A DNA stretch of 50,586 nucleotides from Gammaproteobacteria bacterium (GTDB lineage Bacteria > Pseudomonadota > Gammaproteobacteria > GCA-002705445 > GCA-002716945). A program made the position numbers and the translations under genes. Location of the stretch: positions 1 through 50,586 of the forward strand of contig NZZP01000007.1 of assembly GCA_002698665.1 (NCBI GenBank). The letters run 5' to 3'. The notes under the pieces are model-generated. The model searched no databases and was not told the DNA's origin. It was given only the letters and a program-made list of their open reading frames with translations. Below are positions 44,803 through 50,586 of the stretch, piece after piece; position 1 is the first letter of the stretch, and every line of letters starts with the position of its first letter.

Positions 44803-46530
44803 ATGAAATTAAATGGTTCTGAAATTATAATTGAGTGCCTCAAAAAAGAAGGTGTAGAGTTTATCTTTGGGTATCCGGGAGGAGCGGTATTGCATATTTA
44901 TGATGCCCTTTTTGACTCTGATAGCATAAAACATGTGCTAGTTAGACATGAGCAGGGTGCTACTCATGCTGCCGATGGTTATGCTAGGGCATGTGGTAAG
45001 CCAGGAGTTGTTCTAGTTACATCTGGACCAGGAATAACCAATTGTGTTACAGGACTTGCAACAGCTCACATGGACTCAATTCCCATGATAGTTATATCTG
45101 GTCAAGTTTCTAGGCAATATGTTGGAAGTGATGCATTTCAAGAAGCAGATGCAACTGGAATAACTAGACCAGTCACTAAACATAATTTTTTAATTGATAG
45201 CAGAGAATCCATACCTGAAATTTTTAAAAAAGCTTTTATTATTGCTACAACTGGAAGACCTGGCCCTGTTTTAATTGATATACCAAAAGATTTGACTGAT
45301 CCAAAAGTAAAAATTAGTTTCAACTACCCAAAAAATGTAAAAATACGGTCATACAGTCCTGCAAAAAATGACAATATAGATAAAATTGATTCTGCTGCTG
45401 AATTACTATGCTCTGCGAAAAAACCTATGATATATTCTGGCGGCGGCATCATATTGGGTAATGCCCATAATCAGCTCAAACAGTTAGTAAAAAAATTAAA
45501 ATACCCTATAACAAATACCCTTATGGGTTTAGGTGGTTATCCTGCTACAGATGAAAAGTTTTTGGGCATGTTGGGTATGCATGGCACGTATGAGGCTAAT
45601 ATGGCTATGCATGATTGTGATGTTCTACTCGCTATAGGCGCTAGATTTGATGATAGGGTAACTGGTGATACAAGTAAATTTTGTCCATCTGCTAAAATAA
45701 TTCATATTGATGTTGATCCATCGTCAATATCTAAAATCATAGAAGTTGACTTGTCCCTAGTTGGTGAGACATCGAAGATACTTAAATCACTGAATTTGTC
45801 ATTAGATAAACATCTAAAGAAAATTAATCAAGCAGCTCTCAAAAAATGGTGGAAACAAATAAATAAATGGAGAGAAAAAAATTGTTTATCATATAAAAAA
45901 TCAAAAAAAATTATTAAACCACAATCTGTAATTGAGACATTATATGATGTTACCAAAGGTAATGCTTTTGTGACCTCAGATGTTGGTCAACATCAAATGT
46001 GGGCAGCTCAATACTATAAGTTTGATAAACCAAATAGATGGATTAACTCTGGTGGCCTCGGAACCATGGGCTTTGGTTTACCTGCAGCTATGGGAGTTCA
46101 GCTTGCTTATCCGAAATCGCAAGTGGTTTGTGTAACTGGTGAGGCTAGTATTCTTATGTGCATTCAAGAATTAGCTACATGTTTACAATATCGTCTACCT
46201 ATAAAAATCATTAATTTAAATAATCGGTATATGGGAATGGTTAGACAATGGCAAGAATTCTTTTATGAAGGTAGATATGCTATGTCGTATATGGAGGCAT
46301 TGCCAGATTTCCCAAATCTTGCATCAAGTTTTGGACATATAGGTATTAGTATTGAAAAGCCATCCGACCTTAAGTCAAAATTACAAGAAGCGATGAATAT
46401 GAAAAATAGACTTGTATTTGTTGATATAATTACAGATCAAGAAGAAAATGTATATCCAATGATTAAGAGTGGACAAGCTCATAATGAAATGCATTTATCT
46501 CCTACTGGCAAAGATACAGAGTTAGCATGA
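44803..46530 (+). CDS. ilvI: Acetolactate synthase (acetohydroxyacid synthase) large subunit
   Basis: GYPGGAVL, HEQGATHAADGYARA, the ThDP motif GGLGTMGFGLPAAMG...N and NNRYMGMVRQWQ are present. Confidence 0.95.
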   Translation: MKLNGSEIIIECLKKEGVEFIFGYPGGAVLHIYDALFDSDSIKHVLVRHEQGATHAADGYARACGKPGVVLVTSGPGITNCVTGLATAHMDSIPMIVISGQVSRQYVGSDAFQEADATGITRPVTKHNFLIDSRESIPEIFKKAFIIATTGRPGPVLIDIPKDLTDPKVKISFNYPKNVKIRSYSPAKNDNIDKIDSAAELLCSAKKPMIYSGGGIILGNAHNQLKQLVKKLKYPITNTLMGLGGYPATDEKFLGMLGMHGTYEANMAMHDCDVLLAIGARFDDRVTGDTSKFCPSAKIIHIDVDPSSISKIIEVDLSLVGETSKILKSLNLSLDKHLKKINQAALKKWWKQINKWREKNCLSYKKSKKIIKPQSVIETLYDVTKGNAFVTSDVGQHQMWAAQYYKFDKPNRWINSGGLGTMGFGLPAAMGVQLAYPKSQVVCVTGEASILMCIQELATCLQYRLPIKIINLNNRYMGMVRQWQEFFYEGRYAMSYMEALPDFPNLASSFGHIGISIEKPSDLKSKLQEAMNMKNRLVFVDIITDQEENVYPMIKSGQAHNEMHLSPTGKDTELA

Positions 46531-47039
46531 ATATGATAGACAGAAGACATATTATCTCGCTACTAGTAGAAAATGAGTTTGGGTCCTTATCTAGAATCGC
46601 AGGTTTATTTTCTGCACGCGGTTATAATATTCATTCTTTGAATGTAGCACCAACTAACGATGAAACTATTTCTAGGATGACTCTAGTGACACTATGCAAT
46701 GACCAGAAAATTCAACAATTAATGAAACAACTTGATAAGCTAGTCGATGTTGTTAACGTTAGAGACTTAACTGAAGAGACACATATTGAAAGAGAGATGT
46801 TGCTTCTCAAGATAAAGTGCAATAAATCTCAAAGAGACGAGATAAAAAGACTTACTGATATATTTCGGGCAAGGATTATTGATGTTACCGATACCACTTA
46901 TACTGTTGAACTTACTGGGGCTACTGAAAAAATTTTAGCTTTTATAAACTCTATGGGTAAAATAAAGATTATTGAAATTGTAAGATCTGGTACATTAGGT
47001 ATCAGTAGAGGAGTAGAAAGTTTAGAAAATACTAAATGA
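46527..47039 (+). CDS. ilvH: Acetolactate synthase small (regulatory, ACT domain) subunit
   Basis: RHIISLLVENEFGSLSRIAGLFSARGYNIHSL is the typical IlvH/IlvN ACT N-terminus. Confidence 0.92.
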   Translation: MNMIDRRHIISLLVENEFGSLSRIAGLFSARGYNIHSLNVAPTNDETISRMTLVTLCNDQKIQQLMKQLDKLVDVVNVRDLTEETHIEREMLLLKIKCNKSQRDEIKRLTDIFRARIIDVTDTTYTVELTGATEKILAFINSMGKIKIIEIVRSGTLGISRGVESLENTK

Positions 47040-48841
<1,802 letters not shown>

Positions 48842-48882
48842 TTTTCCTTGCAAATTTACAATTTTGATATAGAGTTTGAGAT

Positions 48883-48957
48883 ATGATTAAATCGCTATCA
48901 ACTAAAATTAATCACCTCTTTATACTAAGGTTACGAGAACTCTTTCTGCAGTTCTAA
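48883..48957 (+). other. Candidate Leu-rich leader ORF upstream of leuA (MIKSLSTKINHLFILRLRELFLQF)
   Basis: A 24-codon ORF in the only sizeable intergenic gap of this region. It has 6 Leu codons, 5 of them within the last 13 codons and 5 of the 6 being CTN. It has only a weak SD and no convincing terminator hairpin, so the call is speculative. Confidence 0.2.
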
Positions 48958-48987
48958 AACCTCTAATTTATTTTTATAACCAATAAT

Positions 48988-50529
48988 ATGAGCAATGAAA
49001 ATTTAATAATTTTTGACACTACTTTAAGGGACGGTGAGCAAAGCCCAGGAGCCTCTATGGATATCAGCGAGAAGGTTCAGATAGCTCATGCACTTGAAGA
49101 ATTAAATGTTGATATTATAGAGGCTGGTTTTCCTATCGCAAGCCCGGGAGATTACAAAGCTGTTAAGGAAATAGCTGAAACTATAAATAACTCAGGTGTC
49201 TGCGCTCTAGCTAGAGCATTGGATAAGGACATAGAGTCTGCAGCAAAGGCGCTTGAAAATGCTAAGAATCCACGTATCCACACATTCATAGCAACTTCAC
49301 CAATTCATATGGAGAAAAAACTTAATATGTCCCCAGCTAAAGTAATAGCTACCGCAGTACATGCGGTAGAACTTTCTAAACAATTCACTGATGACATTGA
49401 ATTCTCGCCTGAAGACGCAGGCAGGTCTGAATTGGATTTTCTATATGAAATTATTGAGGCAACAATAGATGCAGGTGCAAAAACTATAAACATTCCAGAC
49501 ACAGTTGGATATAATCTACCACACCAGTTTGGTGATTTAATTAGAAATATAATAGCCAATGTCAAGAATTCAGATAATGCTATATTTTCTGTTCATTGTC
49601 ATAATGATTTAGGTCTTGCAGTTGCAAACTCTTTAGCAGCTGTATCGAATGGAGCTAGACAAGTAGAATGTACAATAAATGGTCTTGGTGAAAGAGCAGG
49701 GAATGCAGCATTAGAAGAGATTGTTATGTCTGTTAAGACAAGGCGTGATATGTTTCATTGTAATACTAGAATCAATACTAAAAAAATATTAAAGTGTTCT
49801 AGGCTCGTTGCAGGCATTACTGGTTTTCCAGTTCAGCCAAATAAAGCAATTGTTGGTAAAAACGCATTTGCCCATGAATCTGGTATTCATCAGGATGGCA
49901 TAATTAAATCTAGAGAAACTTATGAAATTATGAGGGCAGAAGATATTGGACTGGTCAGTAATTCATTAGTCCTTGGTAAGCATTCTGGTAGAAACGCATT
50001 CAAACAAAAACTTGCTGATCTTAATATACTGCCAAAAGAAACAAAAGCACTAGATGACTTATTTTATAAGTTCAAAGAACTAGCTGATAAAAAGCATGAA
50101 ATATTTGATGAAGATCTTATTAACATAGCATCCAACATTCAAGTAGCATCCAATATAATAAATTTTAAATATATGAAGGTTTTAACTGAGAGTGATAAAA
50201 AGCCTGAAGCATTTATTAAACTTAATGTTGATGGAAAAGATATGGAGGCAAAATCATCAGGTGATGGTGCTGTAGATGCTGCATATAATGCTATTGAAGA
50301 AATAATTCAAAGTGGTTGCAAGCTGATTCTATATTCTGTTAATAACATAACATCTGGAACAGATGCTCAGGGTGAAGTAACTGTGAGGATCACTAAAGAC
50401 GATAGTATTTTTAATGGTCATGGTGCTGATACAGATATTGTAAAAGCATCTGTATTGGCACTTATTAATGCATTGAATAAATATAAACAAAATCCTAATC
50501 TCATATCTTCTAAGAAGAGAGGCATTTAG
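48988..50529 (+). CDS. leuA: 2-isopropylmalate synthase
   Basis: IFDTTLRDGEQSPG, HCHNDLGLAVANSLAA and HESGIHQDG are present, along with the C-terminal LeuA dimerisation/regulatory domain. Confidence 0.96.
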   Translation: MSNENLIIFDTTLRDGEQSPGASMDISEKVQIAHALEELNVDIIEAGFPIASPGDYKAVKEIAETINNSGVCALARALDKDIESAAKALENAKNPRIHTFIATSPIHMEKKLNMSPAKVIATAVHAVELSKQFTDDIEFSPEDAGRSELDFLYEIIEATIDAGAKTINIPDTVGYNLPHQFGDLIRNIIANVKNSDNAIFSVHCHNDLGLAVANSLAAVSNGARQVECTINGLGERAGNAALEEIVMSVKTRRDMFHCNTRINTKKILKCSRLVAGITGFPVQPNKAIVGKNAFAHESGIHQDGIIKSRETYEIMRAEDIGLVSNSLVLGKHSGRNAFKQKLADLNILPKETKALDDLFYKFKELADKKHEIFDEDLINIASNIQVASNIINFKYMKVLTESDKKPEAFIKLNVDGKDMEAKSSGDGAVDAAYNAIEEIIQSGCKLILYSVNNITSGTDAQGEVTVRITKDDSIFNGHGADTDIVKASVLALINALNKYKQNPNLISSKKRGI

Positions 50530-50586
50530 ATTGAATAATAATCAAAAGTATTTAAATGAAATGGGTGTTGATACTTTTTGGTATAA

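Noticed and set aside
44747-44806. A small ORF (MMISLKRCMINRLENEVKL) upstream of ilvI whose TGA overlaps the ilvI ATG. It could be an ilv leader peptide.
   Set aside because: It has no run of Ile, Val or Leu codons, since the branched-chain residues are scattered at about background frequency for this AT-rich genome. No terminator or antiterminator structure is visible. It may still contribute to translational coupling, but there is no evidence for attenuation.

Overview
This is a visibly AT-rich, extremely gene-dense bacterial chromosome segment. It has almost no intergenic DNA and many 1-31 nt gene overlaps, and its synteny is of the gammaproteobacterial type.

Left third: the 3' part of RNase P RNA, then a roughly 16 kb division/cell-wall (dcw) operon with a non-canonical layout. 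The order is mraZ, a 65-aa J-domain-only ORF, rsmH, ftsL, ftsZ, ftsI, murE, murF, mraY, murD, ftsW, murG, murB, ddl, ftsQ, ftsA, lpxC. Three things differ from the canonical operon: ftsZ sits between ftsL and ftsI instead of after ftsA, murC is absent, and ftsI has no canonical start codon upstream of its membrane anchor.

Middle: DUF721-like gene, secA, argJ, mutT/thiE-like fusion, zapD, coaE, nadE, bamD, rluD, pgeF, a two-gene RND efflux pump, two c4-like monohaem cytochromes, an FmdB zinc-ribbon gene, aspS, nadA, yebC, ruvC, queE and queC.

Right third: a sulfur-handling neighbourhood (YeeE-like permease, tRNA-Lys, exported hydrolase, orphan lipoprotein, soxA-Z-Y-X, M48/TPR protease, TusA-like gene), followed by ilvI-ilvH-ilvC-pssA-leuA.

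I recognised no transposase, integrase, phage, CRISPR, toxin-antitoxin or defence genes, so no obvious accessory island is present. The most interesting material is the remodelled dcw operon and one uncharacterised lipoprotein attached to the sox operon.

Organism guess (inference only): a streamlined sulfur-oxidising marine or symbiotic gammaproteobacterium.

All calls come from reading the sequence and ORF translations by eye. No searches or statistics were run, and family assignments rest on recognised motifs and synteny.
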